Assembly (NCBI GenBank): GCA_009778385.1
Contig: WRJX01000100.1
Location: 2,802 to 66,801 of the forward strand
DNA from: Candidatus Bathycorpusculum sp.
GTDB lineage: Archaea; Thermoproteota; Bathyarchaeia; Bathyarchaeales; Bathycorpusculaceae
Direction: 5' to 3'
Length of the DNA stretch: 64,000 nt
A program made the position numbers and the translations under genes. Positions 28,672 to 37,478 of the stretch are shown here, in pieces. Below the pieces are notes generated by a model. The model saw only the letters and a program-made list of their open reading frames with translations. It was not told where the DNA came from and did no database searches. Every line of letters begins with the position of its first letter. Position 1 is the stretch's first letter.

Positions 28672-29928
28672 GTGGCGTTTAGTTCTGTTTCAGCAGCAGT
28701 GTTGGTTGAGGATTTTTGGAATACAAAAAATTCAATGAGTCAGGCAAGGGGTGGTTTGGGGGTTGTTGCTGTTGATGGTAAAATTTACGCAATTGGCGGT
28801 GTCGCAGCAGATAGTTTGGTAGGCACTAATGAGTGTTATGATCCTTTGTCTGATACTTGGGTTACTTTGGAACCTATGCCTATACCTAGAGCTTATTTTG
28901 CTATTGCCGCTTATCAGAGTAAGATTTACTGCATAGGCGGCATAGCAACATCTAAGGTAAAGGGTGAGTGGGATGCATGTGCTGTAAATGAGGTTTATGA
29001 TACCCTAACTGATAGTTGGAATACAAAAATGTCTTATCCATCTAAAGATGGAAGATGGCTGGATGCACAAGTTATAGATGAGCAAATTTTCGTAAGGAGA
29101 CTTACAGAGTTGTTTACATATGATCCAGTTAAAGATACATGGACAACCAAAACAAGTATGCCTATACACCCTGCGTCTGAGCCTGTTTGTGCTGTTGTTG
29201 ATGATAAAATAATGGTTACTTGTAGATATTTGGCAGGTGATCCAGTAGTAGCGCAGGCAGTTATGATTTATGATACAAAGGCTGATGTGTGGAGTGAAAG
29301 AAAAGCTGGACCTACGCTTATGGATAATGGTATTGCAGCAGGGGTAACAACTGGTGTTTATGTGTCTCAAAAAATTTATGTTTTCTTTGGAACTCTTGAC
29401 ACTTTGGTTTATGATTATGTAAATGATTCTTGGTCATCTGCCAAGGCTATGCCTACAGATCGAAGAAATTTTGGGGTTGCAGTTGTTGATGATGTACTAT
29501 ATGTAATCGGAGGATTTTCCCCTACCGTTGTTCCTTTAGCTGTAAATGAGCAGTATGTACCAATTGGTTATCGTAATCCGGTTGTTAGTATTGTTTCTCC
29601 TTTGAATCAGACGTATGGCCAGTTTAGTGTTTCTTTGAATTTTACTCTTGATAGGTCTGTTGTTAAGATGTGCTATGTTCTTGATGGTCAGGATTGTGTA
29701 GTTGTTGATGGGAATGTCACTCTGTCAGGATTATCTGTTGGTGCTCATGACGTGACGGTTTATGTGAAAGATACATCCGGGAATGTTGGTACTTCAGAAA
29801 ATATTATCTTTACAATTACCCCTAAACCTCTGTTAACTATCCCCAACATAGCCATATTAGCCATAGTAATTAGCATTGTTGCCATAGCTTTAGTTTTCTA
29901 TTTCAAAAACAGGCTGAGGGGCAGGTAA
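28672..29928 (+). CDS. Kelch-repeat beta-propeller surface protein with Ig-like domain and C-terminal TM anchor
   Basis: Six Kelch-like blades (VAVDGKIYAIGG, AAYQSKIYCIGG, AVVDDVLYVIGG etc.), a beta-sandwich segment, a hydrophobic helix (ILAIVISIVAIALVFY) and a basic tail. The signal-peptide h-region is in frame upstream, but the only ATG (28616) is out of frame. Confidence 0.8.
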   Translation: MAFSSVSAAVLVEDFWNTKNSMSQARGGLGVVAVDGKIYAIGGVAADSLVGTNECYDPLSDTWVTLEPMPIPRAYFAIAAYQSKIYCIGGIATSKVKGEWDACAVNEVYDTLTDSWNTKMSYPSKDGRWLDAQVIDEQIFVRRLTELFTYDPVKDTWTTKTSMPIHPASEPVCAVVDDKIMVTCRYLAGDPVVAQAVMIYDTKADVWSERKAGPTLMDNGIAAGVTTGVYVSQKIYVFFGTLDTLVYDYVNDSWSSAKAMPTDRRNFGVAVVDDVLYVIGGFSPTVVPLAVNEQYVPIGYRNPVVSIVSPLNQTYGQFSVSLNFTLDRSVVKMCYVLDGQDCVVVDGNVTLSGLSVGAHDVTVYVKDTSGNVGTSENIIFTITPKPLLTIPNIAILAIVISIVAIALVFYFKNRLRGR

Positions 29929-29996
29929 AGGAAAAAATAAACAATATTCAAGTGTCAAGTAATCCATACGTGTCAAGCAGTTTTGAATTACCAACG

Positions 29997-30025
29997 ACAC
30001 ATGTTATGTACTTAGAAAGATGTGT
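29997..30025. promoter_or_regulatory. inverted repeat ACACAT-N17-ATGTGT upstream of the 30181 gene
   Basis: Arms at 29997-30002 and 30020-30025, loop contains TACTTAG. Related to 28518-28540. Confidence 0.3.
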
Positions 30026-30180
30026 TATGACATAAATAATATGGTTGCTATTTTATCAACTGAAAAATGACGGGACGCAGTATTGCATAGAAAGTTAACA
30101 GAATCTTGAATAGGTACTTTTAAATAATAATACTCAAATAGTTATACTGATGGTGAGAGCATGAAACAAAAAATTGTAGC

Positions 30181-31221
30181 ATGTATCCTTTTGCATTGTT
30201 TGTGTTGACCACTTTTATAGGCGTTAATGTTGAACCCGTAAATGCAGCAAAAACAGCTAGGGAGTGGGGGCACCTAAATCCTAATCTATATAGCGTTAAT
30301 CCGACTAGATATAATAATGAGTTGTCGTGGGAAACTACGATATGTAATAATGTCAATAGTATGTTGGCCGGTAAAGGTTGGTCAAGTATTAATTCGTATG
30401 GAACATCAACATATCCTGCGGGTGTGTATGGTGCGCTTGACGCTACGCTTAATCCGAGCAGTTATATACCTTATGCAACAAATTTTTGGGTCGGTGATTA
30501 TTTCCCATCTATGAGCGCAAATCCAACGCCTTATGGGTATTTGGGTTGCTATACAAGTGTGACTGGTTCATACGTTTGGGATTACGAAGTGTATAATCAC
30601 GCTACCGCTTATGGAACTCAGGCTAGTAAGAATTATTTTACTTTTATATGGACTTGTGCTAATGGTGGAATTTACTGGTTTAGCTCGTCAGGAGGTTATT
30701 ATGTTATTGATGGGATTACTTTTCCTGTTATACAATCTACCAAGCCTACGATAACTCCGCCTGTTAACACAAATACTTACTATGGTTATCGTGTTGATTC
30801 GACTCATATTGTTGGGATGCCGTATGCTTGGACCGGCACTACTGGCATGAGTCTAAATGGTTACAATAACCCATCTGGCGATTACACGTATATAGATTGG
30901 GGGTGCAACTCACCATTTATGATTGATCAACCACCTGCAGGTAGCAGTAGCATTAATTTACAATATCTCTATTTTGTTTACAACTTTTACAACTACGCTT
31001 TGGGATATGTCACTGGATCACTTGAAACAATAAATAATTCTCTTGATTATGCTGCAAAAGCAACGTTTGGAAAACAATCTGGAGGTGCTGACTACACTTT
31101 CGGTACTTCCGTACTTAATGTGGGTCAATGGATGAATGAACCTAATTTTCCATCGTCAGTAAATTACTGGTTTTATTGTCGAATGCGAGTATTTGGAAAT
31201 GGAGCTAAGACAATACAATAA
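30181..31221 (+). CDS. secreted Tyr/Gly/Asn/Thr-rich protein (unknown family)
   Basis: Signal peptide FALFVLTTFIGVNVEPVNA|AK. No TM anchor. The ordered YNHATAYG ... FTFIWTCANGG is faintly reminiscent of a His/Cys dyad (unverified). An out-of-frame ATG AAA CAA AAA lies at 30161. Confidence 0.6.
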   Translation: MYPFALFVLTTFIGVNVEPVNAAKTAREWGHLNPNLYSVNPTRYNNELSWETTICNNVNSMLAGKGWSSINSYGTSTYPAGVYGALDATLNPSSYIPYATNFWVGDYFPSMSANPTPYGYLGCYTSVTGSYVWDYEVYNHATAYGTQASKNYFTFIWTCANGGIYWFSSSGGYYVIDGITFPVIQSTKPTITPPVNTNTYYGYRVDSTHIVGMPYAWTGTTGMSLNGYNNPSGDYTYIDWGCNSPFMIDQPPAGSSSINLQYLYFVYNFYNYALGYVTGSLETINNSLDYAAKATFGKQSGGADYTFGTSVLNVGQWMNEPNFPSSVNYWFYCRMRVFGNGAKTIQ

Positions 31222-31237
31222 TGCTGTTTAGGTGAAT

Positions 31238-32420
31238 ATGATGAAAAATTTGAAAATATTTGGAACGTTTATGATTAGTTTGTTAGTGTTTTCTTTAGTA
31301 ATGTCAGTTTGTAGTGTGCCTGTTGTAGGTGTTAGTGATTTTTCTGCTAAGGACAAGTTGCCCGCTCTTTTAAGTGATGTTATTGGGCTTGATTTGTCAA
31401 AGTATAGTATAACTGAGGAGCGTTATAAGCCGCGGTATGAGTATGGTGGTGCTGTTGAGGTGGAGTATTGTGGTTTTACGCTTGTTGATTCAGAGGGTGG
31501 TGAGGTGTCTGTGATGAGTGAGTTTTATAATGGTTTTCCAGAATGGGTTCTTATTAGTCCATCTACTGGTTCGTTGTATTATGCGATAAATCCTCCAAAG
31601 GATTCTGTTGAGAAGATGAAATATTCTTGAACGATATGCGACTTTTGCTCAAAAGTATGATGTTACCTCTTTGGATACATCTTTAGCTTTAGATTTGTTA
31701 AATCAAGCTCCAAATTCCTTACCTGCATATGGGTCTCTGGCAAATGTGACTTTAGGGGATATGACACTTTTTATATCACAAAATAGTTTTAGCTTTGGTT
31801 ATACTGTTAATGGTGTTAATATTCCTAACAAGAGTTGGAGTATAGACTTCGCAGACAAGATTTCTTTTCATGATACTTTTGGGCTTTATAGCACCAGTAG
31901 TGTGAATGTTTTTTCTGAAGAAGAGTTTACAAATTTTGCTTTTGATTTGGCTCAAAAGTTTTGTGATGATTATCTATTTTATCGAACGGGTGAAGATGGA
32001 GTTGAAGTGGAGGTTAGGCCTGATTGGTCGCGTATGCGATCTGAAATAGGTTTTAATATGATTCCTGGACAGATTTATAATAACCCTATAAATGCTGAAC
32101 TCCTTGAGCAGGGTACGGGTGTGAGTTTTAGTGCAGAGAGGGCTGCTTTGACTCTTTATCCTTTTTGGACAGCGGTCTTTTACTTCAGTTGGCCTATAGG
32201 AAATATTCATGGTGCTCAAGTTGGGGTTTGGGGTGACACTGGAGAGGTTGCTTATTGTTATGAGTAGGGTTTTCTGGGCAGTTCACAGTATTCTTACGAT
32301 AGTTTATCTTCTGAACAATCAAAATCCTATAGTGACTTGTTGATTATTGCGGTTATTGTTTTAATTGTGCTATTTGCTGCGATAACTGCTATAATGCTTT
32401 TAAAGAAAAAACACAAATAA
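31238..32420 (+). pseudogene. broken or recoded gene for a secreted, C-terminally anchored protein
   Basis: Three collinear pieces. 31238-31630 encodes the signal peptide and N-domain. 31620-32267 continues in the -1 frame, with the junction at AAA 31619-31621. 32268-32420 is in frame after TAG 32265-32267 and encodes a linker, the TM helix LLIIAVIVLIVLFAAITAIMLL and a KKKHK tail. Oligo-T runs occur only after 32420. Confidence 0.6.
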
Positions 32421-32565
32421 CCCCTTTCATCTTTCCGTTGTTTTTACTGTTAATTTTTTTTCATCTATTTCCCTTGTGGTTGTTAATTTTTCTGGATTTT
32501 TCCCTACTCATAAATGTTTATTAAGCTATTGCTTGCCAAGATACTTCATTTAAGGAGGAAAAGAT

Positions 32566-35058
32566 TTGAAAATCTTTAAAAATAAAAATCTATTTTCCGC
32601 CCTCGCAGTATTGCTGGTATTATCATTTGCTGTATCTATGTTTGCATTGCCAGGCATTACAAATGCACAAACAACACGTGACATTCCAACTTTTCCATTC
32701 GTTGACGCAATTCCACGACCCGCAGGTGTTGGCCAAAGTGTTCTAATTAACTTTGGTCTACTAAACTATTTAGCAATGGACGGTGATGGCTGGAACATAA
32801 CACTAACAATTACCGATCCTAGCGGCAAAATAACCACCATTGACAAAAAGACATGGTCTACTGGCACAGTCGGCTACTCTTTTACGCCAGACGCTATAGG
32901 AACATATCAACTACAATGCACATTTAAAGGTGAATATTACAACTCGCCAGTATCTAACGTAGCAAGCGGATTCTATATGGCAAGCAAAAGCGACATACTC
33001 AAACTAGAGGTACAAGAAGACCCCAAACCAAACTACCCTGGACATTTAAAGCCCGCTGAATACTGGCTAAGACCAATTGACTCACAACTTCGTGAATGGT
33101 GGTCCATAGCAGGCAGCTGGGTGTCTAGTAAACCATCAAACTTGTATGCTCCATGGAATAATCCACCTGCAAGTGCACACATTTTGTGGACTATGCCAAT
33201 GGGTGATACCATGGGCGGTTTATCAGGTGGAAATAATGGGGAAATTGGTTATCAGAACGGAGATGCATATGAAGGCAAATTCGTAGGCGCTATCATTCTT
33301 AGTGGCGTTTTATACTACAATAGATATGTCGCCAATTCACCAACACAGGCTATTATTGCGGTTGATTTGCATACTGGTAAGGTGTTATGGGAGAGGTCGT
33401 ATGATTTTGGTGGTAGCAGAATTTCAACAGGGCAGATTCTTACGTGGATTAGCTTGAACAATCGTGGCACTTGGGCATACATTTGGATGACTAGTGGTAC
33501 TAACATGTTTGCGCTCGACGCAAAAACGGGTGATCTCAAATACAACATGACAAACGTCCCATCTGGAACTATATATTATGGTTCAAACGGTGAAATGCTA
33601 AAGTATCAACTTGTTAACTACGGAACAGCAGAAACACCAAATTGGCACCTACTACAGTGGAACTCAAGCTATGTTGTAACTAAAGATAAAATTGGCATGG
33701 CAGAAAGTTGGGGTAGCCAAGTTCAAGGTGTATCATACAATGCAACAGAGCGAGGCTATGATATAAACGTCTCATTACCAATAACAAACAGTTTAGGAAG
33801 TATAATAACTGCATTTCCAACAGACCGTATCATCGTAGGTAGCGCTTCAGATGAGGCAATAATCCTCTCAGCGATCAGTCTTAAATCTGGAGATGAAGGA
33901 AGAATGCTATTTCAGGATGTTACTTGGCCTGCGCCTCCAATCTGGAAAGACATCACTTCTGCAGGTGCTTCCCAAGCTGGTTGGGCAGCATTTAGTCAAG
34001 TGGAGTATGTAGGTGTTTATTGGACAAAAGAAAACAGAGTTAACTATGCGTTTAGCTTAGAAACAGGTAAATTCATGTGGCAAGCCGATCCACAGATTTA
34101 TGCAGACGCATGGGGTGGTCCATCACCTACTTCGTCTTATGGTCCAGAAAAAATCATTGCCTACGGTAGACTCTTTGAATCAAGTGTTGGTGGTATTGTA
34201 TACTGCTATAACGTTACTACAGGTGAATTGCTATGGACGCATGAGGAAACAGACAGATATACAGAATCTTATTTGACGGCAAATTGGCAGTTATCTCCAT
34301 TGTTCATTTCAGATCATAAAATTTACTATGGTCACATTGAACATTCAGCTCAAGAACCTAAACCAAGAGGTGCACCATTCTTTGCACTTAACGTAGAAAC
34401 TGGTGAGGTTATTTGGGAGATATTTGGAGCCTTCCGTCAAACCGGATGGGGTGGACGTGCTATTCTTGGAGATAGCATCATCGCTACAATGGATACATAT
34501 GATCAACAAATTTACGCAATTGGTAAAGGACCAAGCGCAATGACACTTTCAGCGCCTGACTTTGTTGCTACAGCAAACACACCTGTTATCATTAGAGGAA
34601 CTATCATGGATGTTTCACCTGGTACACAAAGTGATATGCTTCAGTTGCGTTTCCCTAATGGGGTTCCAGCAGTCTCTGATGAAAGCATGAGTGAATGGAT
34701 GCTCTACGTCTACAAACAATTCGAAAGACCAAGCGACATAAAAGGTGTCCCCATAGTAATCGACGCAATAGATCCAACTGGAGAGTATGTAACCTTAGGT
34801 ACTGCAACAAGTGATGCAAGCGGTAAATTTGTATTCGAATTCAAACCAACAATGGAAGGCACATACACTATCTATACATACTTTGACGGTTCAGCATCAT
34901 ACTATGGCTCATGGGCACAAGAAGACATGATAGTAATGGCCGCAGCAGACACAACTACAAACAGTAATAACTCACCATATGAACTATACATAATCGGTAT
35001 GGGTATTGCAGTCATTATCGCCGTTCTACTCGTTGGTCTGTGGATCAAAAAGAAATAA
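32566..35058 (+). CDS. large surface protein: Ig-like domain, PQQ-like beta-propeller, Ig-like domain, C-terminal TM anchor
   Basis: 830 aa. TTG start 7 nt after GGAGG. Signal peptide ends ITNA|QTT. Repeated propeller motifs (AVDLHTGKVLWE, ALDAKTGDLKY, SLETGKFMWQ, NVTTGELLWT, NVETGEVIWE). C-terminal IIGMGIAVIIAVLLVGLWIKKK. Confidence 0.8.
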   Translation: MKIFKNKNLFSALAVLLVLSFAVSMFALPGITNAQTTRDIPTFPFVDAIPRPAGVGQSVLINFGLLNYLAMDGDGWNITLTITDPSGKITTIDKKTWSTGTVGYSFTPDAIGTYQLQCTFKGEYYNSPVSNVASGFYMASKSDILKLEVQEDPKPNYPGHLKPAEYWLRPIDSQLREWWSIAGSWVSSKPSNLYAPWNNPPASAHILWTMPMGDTMGGLSGGNNGEIGYQNGDAYEGKFVGAIILSGVLYYNRYVANSPTQAIIAVDLHTGKVLWERSYDFGGSRISTGQILTWISLNNRGTWAYIWMTSGTNMFALDAKTGDLKYNMTNVPSGTIYYGSNGEMLKYQLVNYGTAETPNWHLLQWNSSYVVTKDKIGMAESWGSQVQGVSYNATERGYDINVSLPITNSLGSIITAFPTDRIIVGSASDEAIILSAISLKSGDEGRMLFQDVTWPAPPIWKDITSAGASQAGWAAFSQVEYVGVYWTKENRVNYAFSLETGKFMWQADPQIYADAWGGPSPTSSYGPEKIIAYGRLFESSVGGIVYCYNVTTGELLWTHEETDRYTESYLTANWQLSPLFISDHKIYYGHIEHSAQEPKPRGAPFFALNVETGEVIWEIFGAFRQTGWGGRAILGDSIIATMDTYDQQIYAIGKGPSAMTLSAPDFVATANTPVIIRGTIMDVSPGTQSDMLQLRFPNGVPAVSDESMSEWMLYVYKQFERPSDIKGVPIVIDAIDPTGEYVTLGTATSDASGKFVFEFKPTMEGTYTIYTYFDGSASYYGSWAQEDMIVMAAADTTTNSNNSPYELYIIGMGIAVIIAVLLVGLWIKKK

Positions 35059-35082
35059 CCCAATAAAAACCCAAAAACAACC

Positions 35083-35101
35083 TTTTCTTTTTTTTTATTT
35101 T
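35083..35101 (+). terminator. oligo-T termination signal
   Basis: CTTTTCTTTTTTTTTATTTT begins 25 nt after the stop of the 32566 gene. Confidence 0.45.
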
Positions 35102-35422
35102 CCCGTTTTAACCCAATATTATACACTACAGTTATTGGTTGTTTTTGATGGTGTTTTTCCATGTTTCTAAGTGTGTTCGCAAAAATTTTAAATTAGTAGT
35201 GTAAAGATTTACACTACATATGTTCATTAGAGAAACAAATGTAATCACAGTTAACCTGTTTGGCAAGTTAAACGCATGTACGACGAGCCGAAAAAACAAC
35301 AAGAACTCAAAAAAGAAGTAATGAAAATACAAGAGTTTGCATCACAAGACCAATTTAATGTCTGGAAAACAGAACAAAAAATGGACATAAGAAACACCCG
35401 AAACAAAAACGTCACATCCTAA

Positions 35423-35902
35423 CTACACAACATAACTCTGTTCCTTTTCCATGTACGACTCTTTGCCTTCTTCTTCCTCGTTAAGATTAACGTCACTTAT
35501 CCAGTAACACACCGCAGAAACACCAAGCACCACAGGAACTGAGTAAAATATTGTTGTAATTAATTGCATTTGACTTTGGGAAATGATTAGTACAAGACTG
35601 AATATGTACAGTGCAAATGAAAGTATGAAACAGCCTATCGCAACACGATATAACCCATTACGCTTTATTACCTTGGGAGTTCCAGTTAACTTTTCATATT
35701 TACATTTACTTTTTTCACTTAACCAGTGAAATACGGCAGATAAAACAAAAAATATGGGGATAGAAAAATTTGCTCCAAGGTAAACGAATCCAGGGATAAA
35801 TGGAATAACCCATGATGCTGGTAAAATAAACAATAAATAAGCTACATACACAAGTGTGAAGAAAACTATTGCTCTGGCTTGAAATATTTTATGTGTATTC
35901 AT
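35423..35902 (-). CDS. polytopic membrane protein (159 aa, unknown)
   Basis: Four hydrophobic helices and an acidic C-terminal tail. No family recognised. Confidence 0.5.
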   Translation of the reverse strand: MNTHKIFQARAIVFFTLVYVAYLLFILPASWVIPFIPGFVYLGANFSIPIFFVLSAVFHWLSEKSKCKYEKLTGTPKVIKRNGLYRVAIGCFILSFALYIFSLVLIISQSQMQLITTIFYSVPVVLGVSAVCYWISDVNLNEEEEGKESYMEKEQSYVV

Positions 35903-36113
35903 GATATTTCATAGTCAACTTTTCATTCAAAATATTTAAAACTTTGTAATAATTAAAAAGGAGAAAAAAGTTTTGACAACAATTAAATCCTATATTAAAC
36001 CTGTTTGGTACTTGTAGCGCCCAAATGAGTAAACGAAAAATCAGAACAACATACTTTACCCTGGTAATTTTGAGCGAGAAGCAATGGGGTGAGGCTAAGA
36101 TGCCTCTTTTAGT

Positions 36114-37478
36114 TTATTCGACGAGTTTCTTTTTAGCTTGGGCTATGATGTCTACTGTTTGGTCTCTCCAAGATTCAAAGCCAACTGGGGTTGATGGGTA
36201 GGTGTTGTAGTGTGCGCGTAGTTCTTTCATAGTTGTAACTGTTAGGTGTAGTTTGTTTAAGAAGCCTATGCGTCTTATGCCTTTGAAGACTCGTTTTGCT
36301 GTTTCGGTGATGTTTAGTTTGAAGTCATCGCCCATGCCTGCTTTTAGCACGTCATCTTCGGTCATGAGTTTTTGGTTCATGCCATAGTTTAGGTCATCAT
36401 CGCTGCATGAAAGTAGGAATAGTTTGAAAATGTCTAGTGCCCCTTGTTTTTTACCGTAGGTGTCTATGTATTTTTTGTTGTATCCCCATAAGGCTTCTTT
36501 GGTTGGTTCACCTTTATTGAGGGCTTCGACGATTTGTTTTCCTGCGAAATGTCCGCTGAGCATTGAGGGGCCAATGCCGCCGCCGTGAATTGGGTTAACT
36601 AGGGATGCTGCATCGCCTATAATGACAACTCCGTTGCTGACCATGTTGTCTAGTGGTCTGCGAACTGGGTCAAACCATGCGCCGCCAGTTAAGACAAGTG
36701 AGCCGTCAAACATTGGTTTTTTGAATGCTGTGCTGTATAGTTGATCTTTGGGGTTGGGGTAACCAGTTTTGCGCATGAGGGCGCCGATGCCTACGTTTAC
36801 GCGTGCGCCGCCTTTGGGGAAAATCCATGTGTAGCCGCCTGGGGATGCTTTTTGGTTGAGGTAGATTTCGCAGTATCGGGTGTTTTCTGTTTCTTGTTTA
36901 AGTTGGCGGATTTCGCGGTAGCATGCTTCAACATCTTCATTGTCGATTTCTTGATCTATGCCTAGCTCATCTGGAAGTTGTTTGCGTACCATGCCAAAAT
37001 AGCCTGTGGCGTCAACAACAACTTTGCTGCGTAATTCTTTGACTTCGCTGGTGTTCATGTTTTTAGCGGTTATACCTGTTACTGCGCCTTTTTCGATTAT
37101 GGGTGAGCGGAAATTCATGTTATCTTGTAGTTGTGCGCCGTTGTCTATGGCTTTTTTAAGTAGCCATTGACCAAATAGGCGTCTGTTAAGGAGGTAGCCT
37201 TTGAAGTCGTTGTCTGCTACGGTGAAGACAGTGTTTTCGTCTGGGGAGTAGATTTTCATTCCGTCAATTTTTGATTCTAATTCTCCACCGTTTGGTTTTT
37301 CAAGACCTAAAAATGTTAAATGGTGTTCGCCTAGGGCGTCTCCGCAGATTTTTTCACCTATTGCTTCTCGTTTGTTTTTTTCTACGAGGCATACTTTTAG
37401 GCCTGATTCAGCTATTGTTTTTGCTGCAAGGCAGCCTGCTGTTCCTGCGCCAACAACTATTACGTCAAATTTTTCCAT
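36114..37478 (-). CDS. geranylgeranyl reductase family flavoprotein (archaeal lipid saturation)
   Basis: FAD motif DVIVVGAGTAGC, GDAAS-type motif IIGDAASLVNPIHGGG. 454 aa. Confidence 0.85.
   Translation of the reverse strand: MEKFDVIVVGAGTAGCLAAKTIAESGLKVCLVEKNKREAIGEKICGDALGEHHLTFLGLEKPNGGELESKIDGMKIYSPDENTVFTVADNDFKGYLLNRRLFGQWLLKKAIDNGAQLQDNMNFRSPIIEKGAVTGITAKNMNTSEVKELRSKVVVDATGYFGMVRKQLPDELGIDQEIDNEDVEACYREIRQLKQETENTRYCEIYLNQKASPGGYTWIFPKGGARVNVGIGALMRKTGYPNPKDQLYSTAFKKPMFDGSLVLTGGAWFDPVRRPLDNMVSNGVVIIGDAASLVNPIHGGGIGPSMLSGHFAGKQIVEALNKGEPTKEALWGYNKKYIDTYGKKQGALDIFKLFLLSCSDDDLNYGMNQKLMTEDDVLKAGMGDDFKLNITETAKRVFKGIRRIGFLNKLHLTVTTMKELRAHYNTYPSTPVGFESWRDQTVDIIAQAKKKLVE

Noticed and set aside
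28616-31630. Canonical programmed -1 ribosomal frameshifting at the three A-run sites, as known for Sulfolobus fucA1 at A-AAA-AAT
   Set aside because: None of the sites presents an X-XXY-YYZ heptamer aligned to the upstream zero frame. The A6T at 30168-30174 is out of register, and I see no convincing downstream stem-loop or pseudoknot. It is kept only as a remote alternative in the findings.
32265-32267. Pyrrolysine or genome-wide reassignment of TAG as an explanation for the in-frame amber codon
   Set aside because: TAG ends several conserved genes at their expected C-termini in this same window: SPFH 28044-28046, GlmU-like 47456-47458, RimI 48164-48166, GlyRS 57789-57791 and the NIP7-like gene 10544-10546. 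No pylS/pylT/pylBCD-like genes are seen. Local readthrough or a nonsense mutation is more parsimonious.
29840-35058. Archaeosortase/exosortase-type C-terminal sorting signals (PGF-CTERM, PEF-CTERM etc.) on the anchored proteins
   Set aside because: All have a hydrophobic helix plus basic tail, but the residues preceding the helix (TIPNIA, SPYELY, NGTVIT, YSDLL) share no signature motif. No archaeosortase gene is in the window. They are treated as plain TM anchors.
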